From assembly GCA_964452165.1 (NCBI GenBank), contig CAYVKP010000001.1, forward strand, positions 1,715 through 65,714: a DNA stretch of 64,000 nucleotides, read 5' to 3'. The notes beneath the pieces were generated by a model. That model was given only the letters and a program-made list of their open reading frames with translations, had not been told where the DNA came from and ran no database searches. The translations under genes and the position numbers were made by a program. The DNA is from an uncultured Gammaproteobacteria bacterium. Lineage in GTDB: Bacteria > Patescibacteriota > Microgenomatia > Levybacterales > GWA1-39-11. Shown here piece by piece: positions 54,333-64,000 of the stretch. Numbering within the stretch: the first letter of the stretch is position 1; each line of letters starts with the position of its first letter.

Positions 54333-56507
54333 ATGGATCCACAAAAAAGACTCTCCAAAATTAAGATAGGCAAATTTAAGCTCAGTGGAATAATTCTATT
54401 TGTTCTGATTGTGCTGGGAGCGATTTTTTCATACTTTTTCGTGCTTAGGGATATTCCATCAACCGCAATAATAGGCACGGCTAATTATCCTCAGACTACA
54501 AATATCTATGACAGGAATGGAAAGTTGCTGTATGCAATTTATACAAAGAAGAATCAGACCTTTGTGCCCTTTGATAAAATACCAGATCAGCTTAAACAGG
54601 CAACGATTGCCATCGAGGATAAAGACTTTTACAAACATGGAGCCATTGATTTTAGAGGAATAACGCGTGCTGCCATCTCAACCGTCTTTCACAAACAAGT
54701 ACAGGGTGGATCAACCATCACACAACAGCTTGTTAAAGCAACTCTACTAACACCTGAGCAAACCGTAACCCGCAAGATTAAAGAGATAATACTTTCCTTC
54801 CTGGTTGAATCTATTTACTCCAAAAATAAAATTCTTGAAATGTACCTCAATCAAGTAGCATATGGTGGTACGGCGTGGGGTGTTCAAGCCGCATCTTATG
54901 TTTACTTTGATAAACCCGTGGATAAGCTTAACCTTGCAGAAGCAGCTTTTCTTGCCGGTCTTCCTCAGGCACCCAGCATCTACTCGCCGTTTGGATCCCA
55001 CCCAGAGGCAGGGCGCTCAAGACAGCTTGAGGTGCTCAAGAGTATGCGCCAAGAAGGATATATTACGGCCTCCCAGCAAGAAAATGCAGCGGCTTACAAC
55101 TTAAAATTTTCCAAAATTCAAAACAAAATTTTGGCTCCTCACTTCGTTTTCTACATCAAGGATTTGCTTGCACAAAGGTATGGCCAGAGAATCGCAGACC
55201 AGGGAGGTTTAAACGTTACAACAACGCTTGATCTGGGTCTTCAGAACTATGTCCAGGCAAGTGTCTCAGGAGAACTTGATAAACTCGACAATCCAACAGT
55301 TACAAATGGTGCGGCCCTTGTTACAGAGCCCGGCACAGGCGAAATACTTGCAATGGTCGGGTCGCGCGATTATTTTGATGCGGATCATGACGGAAACGTC
55401 AATGTAACAATTTCAAAAAGACAGCCGGGATCAAGCATCAAACCCATAAATTATGCCGTTGGTCTTGCAAAAGGATATACGGCTTCAACTCCGTTTATTG
55501 ACCAGCCGATATGTTTTCAAGCTTCCGGACAACCAAACTACTGTCCCGTAAATTACGATGGAAAATGGCACGGAATAGTTCAGATGAGATATGCACTTGC
55601 AAACTCGTTTAATATTCCGGCCGTGAAGATGCTTAAGCTAAACACAGTGCAGGACATGATTGCCTCAGCCTCTGCAATGGGAATTACAACTTTTGATTCA
55701 CCCGACAGATACGGGTTATCACTAACCCTTGGAGGAGGAGAAGTGTATATGACAGATATGACCGAGGCGTTTGGTGTCTTTGCAAACGGCGGTTACAGAA
55801 TCCCCCTACAACCAATTCTCAAGGTCACAGATAGAACCGGAAAGGTTCTTGAAGAGTATAAGCCACCAACAAGTCCAATTTTTGGTAAGAAAGTTATAGA
55901 TCCGGGAATCTCGTTTATTATCTCAAGTATCTTATCCGATAACGCTGCACGAGCAGTAGAATTTGGAACTAACTCCCCTCTTAAAATCGGAAATTACATC
56001 GTATCAGTTAAAACTGGAACGACCAATGATTTTCGCGACAACTGGACAATTGGATATACACCGGAATATGTAGTTGCAGCATGGGTAGGAAACAACAACA
56101 ACAAACAAATGACCGGGATTGTATCAGGTATCACGGGAGCAGCTCCTATTTGGCATGCAATTATGGCTCACCTGGTTGCAGGTAATCCCCCCAAAGGACT
56201 TATAAAACCCGATGATGTTATAGGAACTTATGTTTGTACCGATACCGGACAAGTAGCAGCGGCAAAAGAGGGAGGTTGTCCGACTAGATTTGAATACTTG
56301 CTTCGCAATTCTCAGAATAGTCACGGGAAGATAGAAAAAGAAAACGTTTTGATTGACAAGGGAAGCCAAAATATTGCCAAGCCCGGCCAGACGGACAATG
56401 TTGAGATGCAAGAGAAAACCGTCGTCCTTGATGCTAACGGAGATAGGTATTGTATCGACTGTCCGCATCCAGAGCTTGTCTCACCAACCCCAACTCCTAA
56501 GCCTTAA
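54333..56507 (+). CDS. penicillin-binding protein 1A (bifunctional GT51 transglycosylase/transpeptidase)
   Basis: GT51 motifs EDKDFYKHGAID, GGSTITQQL, RKIKE. Transpeptidase motifs SSIKP (SxxK), SFN, KTGT. Confidence 0.9.
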   Translation: MDPQKRLSKIKIGKFKLSGIILFVLIVLGAIFSYFFVLRDIPSTAIIGTANYPQTTNIYDRNGKLLYAIYTKKNQTFVPFDKIPDQLKQATIAIEDKDFYKHGAIDFRGITRAAISTVFHKQVQGGSTITQQLVKATLLTPEQTVTRKIKEIILSFLVESIYSKNKILEMYLNQVAYGGTAWGVQAASYVYFDKPVDKLNLAEAAFLAGLPQAPSIYSPFGSHPEAGRSRQLEVLKSMRQEGYITASQQENAAAYNLKFSKIQNKILAPHFVFYIKDLLAQRYGQRIADQGGLNVTTTLDLGLQNYVQASVSGELDKLDNPTVTNGAALVTEPGTGEILAMVGSRDYFDADHDGNVNVTISKRQPGSSIKPINYAVGLAKGYTASTPFIDQPICFQASGQPNYCPVNYDGKWHGIVQMRYALANSFNIPAVKMLKLNTVQDMIASASAMGITTFDSPDRYGLSLTLGGGEVYMTDMTEAFGVFANGGYRIPLQPILKVTDRTGKVLEEYKPPTSPIFGKKVIDPGISFIISSILSDNAARAVEFGTNSPLKIGNYIVSVKTGTTNDFRDNWTIGYTPEYVVAAWVGNNNNKQMTGIVSGITGAAPIWHAIMAHLVAGNPPKGLIKPDDVIGTYVCTDTGQVAAAKEGGCPTRFEYLLRNSQNSHGKIEKENVLIDKGSQNIAKPGQTDNVEMQEKTVVLDANGDRYCIDCPHPELVSPTPTPKP

Positions 56508-56522
56508 TGCTATAATTGCTTT

Positions 56523-56789
56523 ATGGCTGACAAAAATCTCGAAGACAGAGTTGCTGCGTTAGAAGAAAGAAACAAACGGGTAGAAGCTGGAAAAGCTTGG
56601 GAGACAAGTTGGACAAGAAGAATTATCATTGCAGTATTCACTTATTTATCGATCGCTTTGTATTTGAAGTTTGTTGTCCGAATAGATCCTTGGATTAACG
56701 CGATTGTTCCAGCAGTCGGCTTTTTACTTTCAACACTAACTCTTCCCTTTTTTAAATCTTTTTGGACGAAATATATTGCTAAAAGATAA
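56523..56789 (+). CDS. small membrane protein, hypothetical
   Basis: 88 aa with two TM helices. Its 3' end overlaps the convergent gene. Confidence 0.45.
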   Translation: MADKNLEDRVAALEERNKRVEAGKAWETSWTRRIIIAVFTYLSIALYLKFVVRIDPWINAIVPAVGFLLSTLTLPFFKSFWTKYIAKR

Positions 56790-58040
56790 ACCAAAAGTTA
56801 GAGCTAGAATTATTTGCCCTTGTTCAACAGTCAGAAAAAAGTGATCAAACATTCCGACTACAATTATTCCAATCAAGACGAACAGAAGGCCGCGGCTAAA
56901 GCTCTTAACCTCCACGGATTTGCTTTTTAGATTGTGGTAAACCGAACGAAACGCTAATAGAAAGACGTATGGAAAAATCCACCAACCCAACAAGCCAAGA
57001 GATAAAATCGACAAAATGAAAATGTTATGTACCGGCTGAAAAACAATTGGAGATATTGTCTTAATAAGAGGTGCTTGATGAATAAAAAAGTTATTAAGAC
57101 CTATTCCAAAATAAGGGGCGCTTAGAAATATTTTTAGTGACTGCGCGAATAGTTCTTCTCTAAAATCTATCCCGCGGAATAAAAATTCCGGACCAAATAT
57201 TTGTTGAAATCTTAAATAGATAGAAACGACCAAAACGAGTAAAATAGGCGCGAAATATTTCACATTACGCTTTCCTTTCGTGTAAAGTTCAATCAATAAA
57301 AAGACAACAGCAAGCAAAATTACTATTCTTGAAAAAGTTAAAATCAAAGCGATAGAACAAAAGATAACGGTTGCCGCCAAAAATACTTTTTCACTTGTAT
57401 TCTTTTCTAAAAATATTCTTTCGGTAGCAAAAACCACCACCATCAGCAGAAAAAAAGCGAGAATGTTAGGGTGAGGAAAAGCAGCATAACTTCTTAGGAT
57501 CTGGTGGTCAAGATTTACCGTTGATATACCAATCGTCGCAAGATTAAAATTTCGCTCTCCTAAGAAATACCATAGACCGCCAACCGATGATTGATTTACA
57601 AACTGCCAAATCCCAAGAACCGATGAGACAATTCCTGAGAGAGCAAGTACATCAATCAAGTATGGTATATCCTGTAAAACAAAAGTCTTGGCGACAAAAA
57701 AGCTAAAAAGAACAAATTCGGCAACTTTTATCATTCCAAAAAGGTGAGCGGGTACTGATTTTGCAAATAAAAGATTCACCAAAATATCTAGAATGAAAGC
57801 CGCAGATAATAAAGTTAAAATTTTATTTCTTGCAAAAGAGGTTTTTTTAATTGGAAGTAAGATTACAGAGGCTACAATGAATAAAATTAGTAATACGTCC
57901 AGGAAGTATAGGGTAGGGGATAAATAATCAACTCTTGCACCAAATATATAAGCAAAATTTGGCCAGAAATGAAAACCGGTCTGAAAAGACAAGCAGAAAA
58001 TGAGCAGGAAGAGGACAACTTTTCCTACTCTTCCAAACAT
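56736..58040 (-). CDS. O-antigen ligase-like (Wzy_C) polytopic membrane protein
   Basis: At least 10 TM helices with a periplasmic loop ...YAAFPHPNILAFFL..., typical of the O-antigen ligase/Wzy family. Confidence 0.7.
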   Translation of the reverse strand: MFGRVGKVVLFLLIFCLSFQTGFHFWPNFAYIFGARVDYLSPTLYFLDVLLILFIVASVILLPIKKTSFARNKILTLLSAAFILDILVNLLFAKSVPAHLFGMIKVAEFVLFSFFVAKTFVLQDIPYLIDVLALSGIVSSVLGIWQFVNQSSVGGLWYFLGERNFNLATIGISTVNLDHQILRSYAAFPHPNILAFFLLMVVVFATERIFLEKNTSEKVFLAATVIFCSIALILTFSRIVILLAVVFLLIELYTKGKRNVKYFAPILLVLVVSIYLRFQQIFGPEFLFRGIDFREELFAQSLKIFLSAPYFGIGLNNFFIHQAPLIKTISPIVFQPVHNIFILSILSLGLLGWWIFPYVFLLAFRSVYHNLKSKSVEVKSFSRGLLFVLIGIIVVGMFDHFFLTVEQGQIILALTFGLSFSNIFRPKRFKKGKS

Positions 58041-58090
58041 GGGTGTAGTTTAACAATCGAAGATAGAAAGTTCAACAGCAAAGAAGGGGG

Positions 58091-58540
58091 TTATTTCTTT
58101 TTAATTACGAGGACACGGTCGCGGCCTTCGCCTTCCGACTCGCTTGTTACTTCATCTGACTCCGCAAGCTGCATATGAATGACGCGTCTCTCCCAAGGTT
58201 TAAGTCCCCTAACTGTTTTTGCTTCACCCGTCTCAACAACCTCATCAACCAATCTTCCGGTAAGATCCTGAAGATATTCTTCTCTCTCCTGTCTGTAACC
58301 GCCAATCTCAACAAGAATCCTTTTAAATTCTCCGGTCTTCTGAGAAACAATCAAAGAAAGGACCAATTCAAGTGACGAGAGTGTATTACCGTGTTTTCCA
58401 ATAAGAAGGGCATTTTCCTGGCAGTCGATGTGGACTGAGAAACTATCGTCTTGAGGCTCAACCTTTACGGTTGCATCTAGTCCGATTTTATCAAGAAGTG
58501 CTTTTGCTTCTTCTTCAATTGTCTTATTTATTTCTTCCAT
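58091..58540 (-). CDS. jag: Jag-family RNA-binding protein (KH + R3H domains)
   Basis: IGKHGNTLSSLE (KH) and PWERRVIH (R3H). It is downstream of yidC. Confidence 0.85.
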   Translation of the reverse strand: MEEINKTIEEEAKALLDKIGLDATVKVEPQDDSFSVHIDCQENALLIGKHGNTLSSLELVLSLIVSQKTGEFKRILVEIGGYRQEREEYLQDLTGRLVDEVVETGEAKTVRGLKPWERRVIHMQLAESDEVTSESEGEGRDRVLVIKKK

Positions 58541-59360
58541 TTAATCCTACTTTTCTAAAATGCTTGGAGGCAGAACCAGCACCTACCAAAATATACTGCT
58601 GGAGTATACCAAAAATTGTGAATGTATTCCAGTAAAGAGAGAGGCCCAGGGGAAGCGAGAAAGAGAAGAACCCAATCATTGCAGGAAAGAGAAACATCGA
58701 TTGCTTCTGAAATGCTGCTTGGAAATCGTCTTCTTTCTTTTTACCCGTCGCTGCGACCGGAGTGAGTAAGGATTCTTCAGGCATCATCATTTTTGACAAA
58801 ATAAACTGAAGTAATCCGGTAATAACTGGAATTGCCACCATCCATGGCGCGTGCCCAAAAAGCTTAGAAGGAGAATCTCCTAAGGAAAGACCGAAAAACG
58901 AGGTGTCCCAAATTCGTTGTAATTTTAGGAAATCAAAATAAAGCACTTTATTTATTGGAGCAAGCTCCTTGAGTGAATGAATTTTTACAGCAGTCGTTAA
59001 AACATGATAAAGAGCCCAAATGACGGGAAGTTGAACAATAAGCGGCAAACAACCGGCGGCAGGATTGACGCCATGCTCTTTGTAAAGTCTCATTATTTCT
59101 TCCTGCTGACGCTTATTATCTCCTTTGTGTTTTTCTTTAATAGCTGCCAGGTGGGGAGCAACTTTTTGCATTTTGTAAGAAGACTTAATCTGTGCTGCGG
59201 TGAAGGGGTAAAGAATAAATCTTACAAAGGCAGTGAGCGCGATTATAGAAAACCCGAACGCAAATGGGATATGAAGACTTACGAATAACTTATAAAACCC
59301 GACCATTACATTGGTTATTGGGTTGGTGAATACTATGTTGAAAATATCAAAAATTACCAT
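58524..59360 (-). CDS. yidC: membrane protein insertase YidC (short form)
   Basis: ...RLYKEHGVNPAAGCLPLIVQLPV... and the C-terminal SLPLGLSLYW motif. Confidence 0.9.
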   Translation of the reverse strand: MVIFDIFNIVFTNPITNVMVGFYKLFVSLHIPFAFGFSIIALTAFVRFILYPFTAAQIKSSYKMQKVAPHLAAIKEKHKGDNKRQQEEIMRLYKEHGVNPAAGCLPLIVQLPVIWALYHVLTTAVKIHSLKELAPINKVLYFDFLKLQRIWDTSFFGLSLGDSPSKLFGHAPWMVAIPVITGLLQFILSKMMMPEESLLTPVAATGKKKEDDFQAAFQKQSMFLFPAMIGFFSFSLPLGLSLYWNTFTIFGILQQYILVGAGSASKHFRKVGLNGRNK

Positions 59361-59664
59361 TTTTTATTTTATTAAGTGCCTCCTCAATTTCTTTAGCAAG
59401 AATCGGTTTCTCAGTTTGCTTTCTAGAATAGAAGACGAGACTGAGATTGTCTTCTATGTTAACTTTCTGAGCAACAATATCAAGAATCTCTCTTTTTATA
59501 CTGTTGCGAACAACCGCTCGCTTATCTATTCTCTTACTTACTACTACTGCAACTTTTAAACCTTGCCCGTCATTTTTTTTGTATCTGAGATTAAATGATT
59601 CGGAGGATATGGATTGCTTTGGTAGTTTACTATCAAATTTAAATCTTTGCTTCTTAGAAAACAT
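59347..59664 (-). CDS. rnpA: ribonuclease P protein component
   Basis: 105-aa basic protein in the position between rpmH and yidC. KRAVVRN.IKR motif. Confidence 0.85.
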   Translation of the reverse strand: MFSKKQRFKFDSKLPKQSISSESFNLRYKKNDGQGLKVAVVVSKRIDKRAVVRNSIKREILDIVAQKVNIEDNLSLVFYSRKQTEKPILAKEIEEALNKIKNGNF

Positions 59665-59796
59665 TTAAACGCGCTTTCGGCCCTTGAGTCTTCTGCGCTT
59701 TATAACTTGTTTTCCCGTTCTGGTTTTAAGCCTGCCAAGAAATCCATGTTTTCTTGCATGTTTTATCTTACTGGCTTTTTTAAGCATCTCTGGCAT
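59665..59796 (-). CDS. rpmH: 50S ribosomal protein L34
   Basis: Hand translation gives MPEMLKKASKIKHARKHGFLGRLKTRTGKQVIKRRRLKGRKRV. It is not in the ORF track because it is under 60 aa. An alternative start is at 59787. Confidence 0.85.
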   Translation of the reverse strand: MPEMLKKASKIKHARKHGFLGRLKTRTGKQVIKRRRLKGRKRV

Positions 59797-59896
59797 AGAG
59801 CATAATGATACCAAAAAATGAACCTAATCACAAGAAGAGGACAGAAAAATACCGGAAACGCTTGATTCTTTGTTCCTAATTATTTATTCTTAATGT

Positions 59897-61036
59897 ATGG
59901 TAAGAGTTGCAATAAATGGATACGGAAGAATTGGAAGAATAGCGCATCGGGTGATCTTACTCTCTCATCAAGATGAGATTGATGTTGTTGCGATAAATGC
60001 CGGTTCCTCAACAGACATTACCGGCTGGATGTATCTTCTAAAATACGACACTGTTTATGGAGGGCTCCAAGATTTTGAACTATCCGTTAAGAAGCCTGAG
60101 GAGGTTCAATTACCATTTCAGTCTGAAACCCCTCTTATTGGAGCGCTCGTTATAAACGGAAAGCAGATTCCCATTTTCTCCGGTCGTGAACCAGAGAAAC
60201 TTCCATGGAAAGATCTTGGAGTAGATGTTGTAATTGAATCAACCGGAGCATTCACAACGGCCGAGGGCTTGCAAAAACATATTACGGCCGGAGCGAAATC
60301 CGCTATTCTTTCTGCTCCTTTTAAAGATGAGGCGAGCTCTTCAACTTATGTTTTGGGAGTAAATCTTCCACAAAACGGAGAAGTCAAAATAGAAAATATA
60401 GTAAGTAACGCGTCTTGTACAACTAACTGTATAGCTCCGGTTGCTCACGTAATTGAGACGACTTTCGGGATTGAAAAAGCCATGATGACAACAATTCATG
60501 GATATACTTCAGATCAAAGACTTCAAGATGGCGGACATAAGGACTACAGACGCGCAAGGGCTGCCGCCGACAATATTATTCCAACTTCAACCGGTGCAAC
60601 AAAGGCAGCAGCCAAAGCAATTCCGGCACTTGTTGGTAAATTTAACGGACTTGCCATCAGGGTGCCAGTCCCAACAGGTTCTTTATCCGATTTCACATTT
60701 TTAGTCAAAAGAGATACAACGGTTGAAGAGGTAAATGGGGCTCTTGAAAAAGCAGCTGCGGATCCAAAGTTCGAAGGAATTTTACAAGTAACGCGCGATC
60801 CGATTGTTTCATCTGATATAATCGGCAATTATCATTCTGCAATCGCGGACTTATCACTTACACAAGTCGTTGGAGGAAATATGGTGAAAGTCATCGCTTG
60901 GTACGATAATGAATTTGGATATTCTAATAGATTGGTTGAGGAGGCAATTATACTCGGGAGCCAAGCGCAGACTCCAACACAACCTGCTCAAGGCGCACCG
61001 GCGACACCTGTGCAACAATCTCAAAATCCTACCTAA
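59897..61036 (+). CDS. gap: type I glyceraldehyde-3-phosphate dehydrogenase with Pro/Gln-rich C-terminal tail
   Basis: INGYGRIGR, active site SNASCTTNC, WYDNEFGYS. Confidence 0.95.
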   Translation: MVRVAINGYGRIGRIAHRVILLSHQDEIDVVAINAGSSTDITGWMYLLKYDTVYGGLQDFELSVKKPEEVQLPFQSETPLIGALVINGKQIPIFSGREPEKLPWKDLGVDVVIESTGAFTTAEGLQKHITAGAKSAILSAPFKDEASSSTYVLGVNLPQNGEVKIENIVSNASCTTNCIAPVAHVIETTFGIEKAMMTTIHGYTSDQRLQDGGHKDYRRARAAADNIIPTSTGATKAAAKAIPALVGKFNGLAIRVPVPTGSLSDFTFLVKRDTTVEEVNGALEKAAADPKFEGILQVTRDPIVSSDIIGNYHSAIADLSLTQVVGGNMVKVIAWYDNEFGYSNRLVEEAIILGSQAQTPTQPAQGAPATPVQQSQNPT

Positions 61037-61042
61037 TATAAA

Positions 61043-61627
61043 ATGAGCGAGAAGAAAGAAATTCCAGGAATCCGAAATATAACAGTTTCGGGGCGCATCG
61101 CAAGTGGTGCGACTACTCTTGCACACCATTTATCAAGCGCGCTCGGTTGGCAGATATTGGACGGTGGAAAATTAATGCGCCAGATCCATTCAGAAATTGG
61201 TGCGGGAGTTGAGGAAACCCTAAAACGACCTGATCATTACGACACTGAGTATGAAGAACGCATTAAAAAAATGCTTAGAGACGAATCGGAATATATAATT
61301 CAAAGCCATTTAGCAGGTTATGATGCCCAGGGTATAGATGGGGTATTTAAGGTTTTGGTCGTCTGTCAAGATCACTCAGGACATGACAGAATGGAAATTA
61401 GAATAGATAGGCTCGTTAATCGTGACAACGTATCTCCTGATCAAGCGAAGCATGAAGTTATGGAGCGTGACCGTCAGAACTTGGAAAAATTCAGAAAGCT
61501 TTACGCAAATGACAATCCTAATTGGGTCTATTGGGATGAAAAATATTATGATCTTGTTGTAAATACTTACGAAAAAAGCCCTGAAGAAAGCTTTCGAACA
61601 GTAATGGAAGCTCTTGGTATTAAATAA
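61043..61627 (+). CDS. cytidylate kinase-like family protein
   Basis: P-loop variant ITVSGRIASGATTLA. The size and pattern fit the cytidylate-kinase-like family. Confidence 0.65.
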   Translation: MSEKKEIPGIRNITVSGRIASGATTLAHHLSSALGWQILDGGKLMRQIHSEIGAGVEETLKRPDHYDTEYEERIKKMLRDESEYIIQSHLAGYDAQGIDGVFKVLVVCQDHSGHDRMEIRIDRLVNRDNVSPDQAKHEVMERDRQNLEKFRKLYANDNPNWVYWDEKYYDLVVNTYEKSPEESFRTVMEALGIK

Positions 61628-61990
61628 TTATCCTGTTACATTCTCTAAGTGTTCTATATTCTCGAGTTTGTTATCTCTTGAGACAATTACTCCAATCGCA
61701 TCAATTCTCATGTCATCTGGAAGATTTGAGTGAGAGAGCTTATAGACCTGGGCAAGCTGAACAAGGTGGGCAAGTTTCCAAGGGGCAATGGAATCAAACG
61801 GTGAACCGAATGCATTTGATGTTCGGGTTTTGACCTCTGCGAATACCAAAGTTGAACCATCAAGCGCAATAATATCAATCTCTTCATAGCGCTTTCGGAA
61901 GTTACGCTCAATTATCTTATAGCCCTTCTTCTTAAGATAATCGACCGCTATATCTTCCCCTAAAACTCCCGTAGGGTTTGTTATTTTCAT
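61628..61990 (-). CDS. YraN family (UPF0102) endonuclease-like protein
   Basis: GEDIAVDYLKKKGYKIIERNFR...EIDIIA...FAEVKTR pattern. Confidence 0.85.
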   Translation of the reverse strand: MKITNPTGVLGEDIAVDYLKKKGYKIIERNFRKRYEEIDIIALDGSTLVFAEVKTRTSNAFGSPFDSIAPWKLAHLVQLAQVYKLSHSNLPDDMRIDAIGVIVSRDNKLENIEHLENVTG

Positions 61991-63033
61991 CTCATCAAGG
62001 CGGCAATTCCAGGAAGAGCGTGACCGGATAAAAATTCCAACATGGCGCCTCCACCGGTTGAGACAAAATCAAACTTATCGAGCAAATTTATCTGACGCAG
62101 ATAGGAAAGCGTGTCTCCACCGCCTACTACTTTGTAAGCTTTTGTTGAAACTATAAACTCAGCCAGTGTTTTTGTTCCTTTTTCAGTCTCCTCACCTTTA
62201 CCCGTGACACCGACGGGTCCATTCCAAACAATCGTGTTTGACATTCCTAAAATCTGGCAAAAATTCTCAACGGATTTTGAGTCGATGTCCGTACCGTCTT
62301 CGTTTGACTCGGAAACTACTACCGCAGATTTTCTTCCGGTAATCTTCTCATGTTGCACTTTTATTAAAACTTTGTCTTGTTCTGCAATCTCTCCTCCCAC
62401 AAGAACATAATCGGCAACATGATGCATCTTCTCAACAAGGGGCAGTTTTGTCTCGATTTTTGCCCCTCCAATAAGTATTGCAAGGGGACGCGCGGGATCG
62501 TTTAATATTTTTGACAACTCATCAATTTCTTTTTTCAAATGCAATCCGGCATATGAAGGAATAAATTTTGTTACGCCGACAATACTTGCATGGGCCCGGT
62601 GAGAAACGGCAAATGCATCGTTCACGTAGACCTCACCAAGTAGTGAAAGTTCGCGACTAAATTCTGTGTCACCCTCCTCCTCTTCTTTGAAGAAACGAAC
62701 ATTTTCAATCAAGTTGATTTTATCGGTAATTTTCCAACCCTTAAGTTTTCCTATTGTCATTGGCTCAACTTTTCCGCTAAGCCTGTCAGCAAACCAGGAT
62801 GCAACTGGCTGAAGCGTAAATTTATCATCTGGCCCATCGGGACGGCCTAAGTGTCCCAGAAGATTTATACATGCATCTTTTTTGAGCAATTCTTCAATAG
62901 TTGGAAGGCTCGCAGAAAGCCTAGTATCGTCGCTTATCTTCCCATTCTTAATATCAACGTCTGAATCAATTCTGAGAAGTACGGTTTTTCCGGAGATAGA
63001 GCTTAGGGTGTCAATTGTTCGAAGATGGGCCAC
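61987..63033 (-). CDS. pgk: phosphoglycerate kinase (short form)
   Basis: LLRIDSDV...DDTRL, LLGHLGRP, AVSHRAHAS, GGAKIETK, STGGGAMLEFL. Confidence 0.9.
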   Translation of the reverse strand: MAHLRTIDTLSSISGKTVLLRIDSDVDIKNGKISDDTRLSASLPTIEELLKKDACINLLGHLGRPDGPDDKFTLQPVASWFADRLSGKVEPMTIGKLKGWKITDKINLIENVRFFKEEEEGDTEFSRELSLLGEVYVNDAFAVSHRAHASIVGVTKFIPSYAGLHLKKEIDELSKILNDPARPLAILIGGAKIETKLPLVEKMHHVADYVLVGGEIAEQDKVLIKVQHEKITGRKSAVVVSESNEDGTDIDSKSVENFCQILGMSNTIVWNGPVGVTGKGEETEKGTKTLAEFIVSTKAYKVVGGGDTLSYLRQINLLDKFDFVSTGGGAMLEFLSGHALPGIAALMR

Positions 63034-63072
63034 TTCTTTTTTATACTAAACTGTCACCATCGCTGTCAAAGC

Positions 63073-64000
63073 TTAAGGTTGGTTCGTTGGGGTGGTGCTG
63101 GGCGCAGAAGCGCAGGAAACCGAATTTTCAGTTCCTTTTACGAAATAGCGGTCTTGTCCTACGCAATATTTTTTAACGATGTCACCCGGGATAACAAAAG
63201 CTGAGGGTGTACCCACCTTATCAAGCATCATAGACATTAATTGATGCCACATTGGAGCAGCACCCGTGATACCTGAAGCAAGCGCCGGATTCATTGGTGT
63301 GTTGTCGTTGTTTCCAACCCAGGTTGCTACCAGAACACTTGGTGTAAATCCGACTGTCCAATTATCACGCTTGTTATCCGTTGTGCCCGTCTTGACGGAA
63401 ACCCTTGCCCCATCAATCTTGAGCGGCGTATCAAGTCCAAACTCAATTCTTCTTGCATTATTATCTGCCAAAATGTCCGAAATTACGAATGCTACTCCCG
63501 GATCAATGACATCTGTTGACGTAGGCGACTTTCTGTATAATGATGCACCGGTTGAATCCTTGACTTCAAGTAAAGGATCCAGATTTACTTTTTCTCCACC
63601 ATTTGCAATTACTCCATATGCAGTTGCCAAGTCAGTCATCTTAACTTCTGCTCCTCCTAGAGTAATTGATACTCCATAATTCTTGATCCCCTCCCAAGCC
63701 GAGATACCCATTTTCAAACCAAAATTTTTAACGGCATCGGGACCAAATTTTTGAGTAAGTCGGACAGGCGGAATATTAAAAGAGTTGGCAAACGCTGTAC
63801 GGAGAGGAATTCTACCGTGGAACGTGCCGTCGTAATTGACAGGCGTGTAAGATGGGCCTCCGTCAGGCGAGGTTATGGTCAAGGGAGTATCGTCCATGAT
63901 ACTTGCTTCTGTATAGCCCTGGCTTAGAGCAAGTGTATAGGTAATAAGCTTGATTGAAGACCCGGGTTGGCGAAGAGACGTTGTCAAATTTACATTTCCG
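63073..64000 (-). CDS. second penicillin-binding protein, transpeptidase half (5' part lies beyond the window end)
   Basis: RQPGSSIK (SxxK), SFN, KTGTT. The reading frame stays open through position 64000. Confidence 0.85.
   Translation of the reverse strand, partial: GNVNLTTSLRQPGSSIKLITYTLALSQGYTEASIMDDTPLTITSPDGGPSYTPVNYDGTFHGRIPLRTAFANSFNIPPVRLTQKFGPDAVKNFGLKMGISAWEGIKNYGVSITLGGAEVKMTDLATAYGVIANGGEKVNLDPLLEVKDSTGASLYRKSPTSTDVIDPGVAFVISDILADNNARRIEFGLDTPLKIDGARVSVKTGTTDNKRDNWTVGFTPSVLVATWVGNNDNTPMNPALASGITGAAPMWHQLMSMMLDKVGTPSAFVIPGDIVKKYCVGQDRYFVKGTENSVSCASAPSTTPTNQP

Noticed and set aside
56736-56789. 54-nt convergent overlap between ORF 56523..56789 (+) and the O-antigen-ligase-like gene
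   Set aside because: It is probably a consequence of an uncertain call for the small plus-strand ORF (confidence 0.45), not a meaningful antisense arrangement.

Overview
The window looks like chromosomal DNA from an AT-rich, small-genome bacterium. I infer a Candidate Phyla Radiation / Patescibacteria-type organism from several features. The tRNA-Ala-23S unit has no adjacent 16S. Endonuclease Q, an ATP-dependent DNA ligase and UMP kinase are archaeal-type. DUF4012 and TraD-like ATPase genes are present, genes are short and densely packed, and many promoters look leaderless. Most of the window is housekeeping: trxAB, DNA repair genes (EndoQ, MGMT, LigB-type ligase, recF, fpg, 5'-3' exonuclease), ftsH, trpS, murD/murI, valS, two PBP1A-type genes, rpmH-rnpA-yidC-jag, gap/pgk, and 7 tRNAs. 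The exception is a compositional island of about 6.2 kb at roughly 19.15-25.35 kb. It is visibly GC-rich with GC-ending codons, and everything in it reads on the minus strand. It holds (i) a lipoprotein + secreted CHAP-amidase operon, (ii) a surface protein with a sortase-type C-terminal sorting signal, and (iii) about 1.6 kb of GC-rich sequence between them (about 20.84-22.43 kb) with no credible ORF in any frame. That non-coding stretch is dense in hairpins and GNRA/UUCG-type loops. It contains an internal duplication of about 190 nt whose two copies differ by compensatory base-pair changes. I read it as a candidate large structured non-coding RNA or giant structured leader that I cannot assign to any known class. 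Both transcription units in the island start from near-identical AT-rich modules: a TTGAAA-N17-TATACT promoter followed by a conserved leader with a hairpin motif. This suggests one shared, undescribed regulatory element. All calls are by eye from the sequence and ORF translations. No searches or computations were run.
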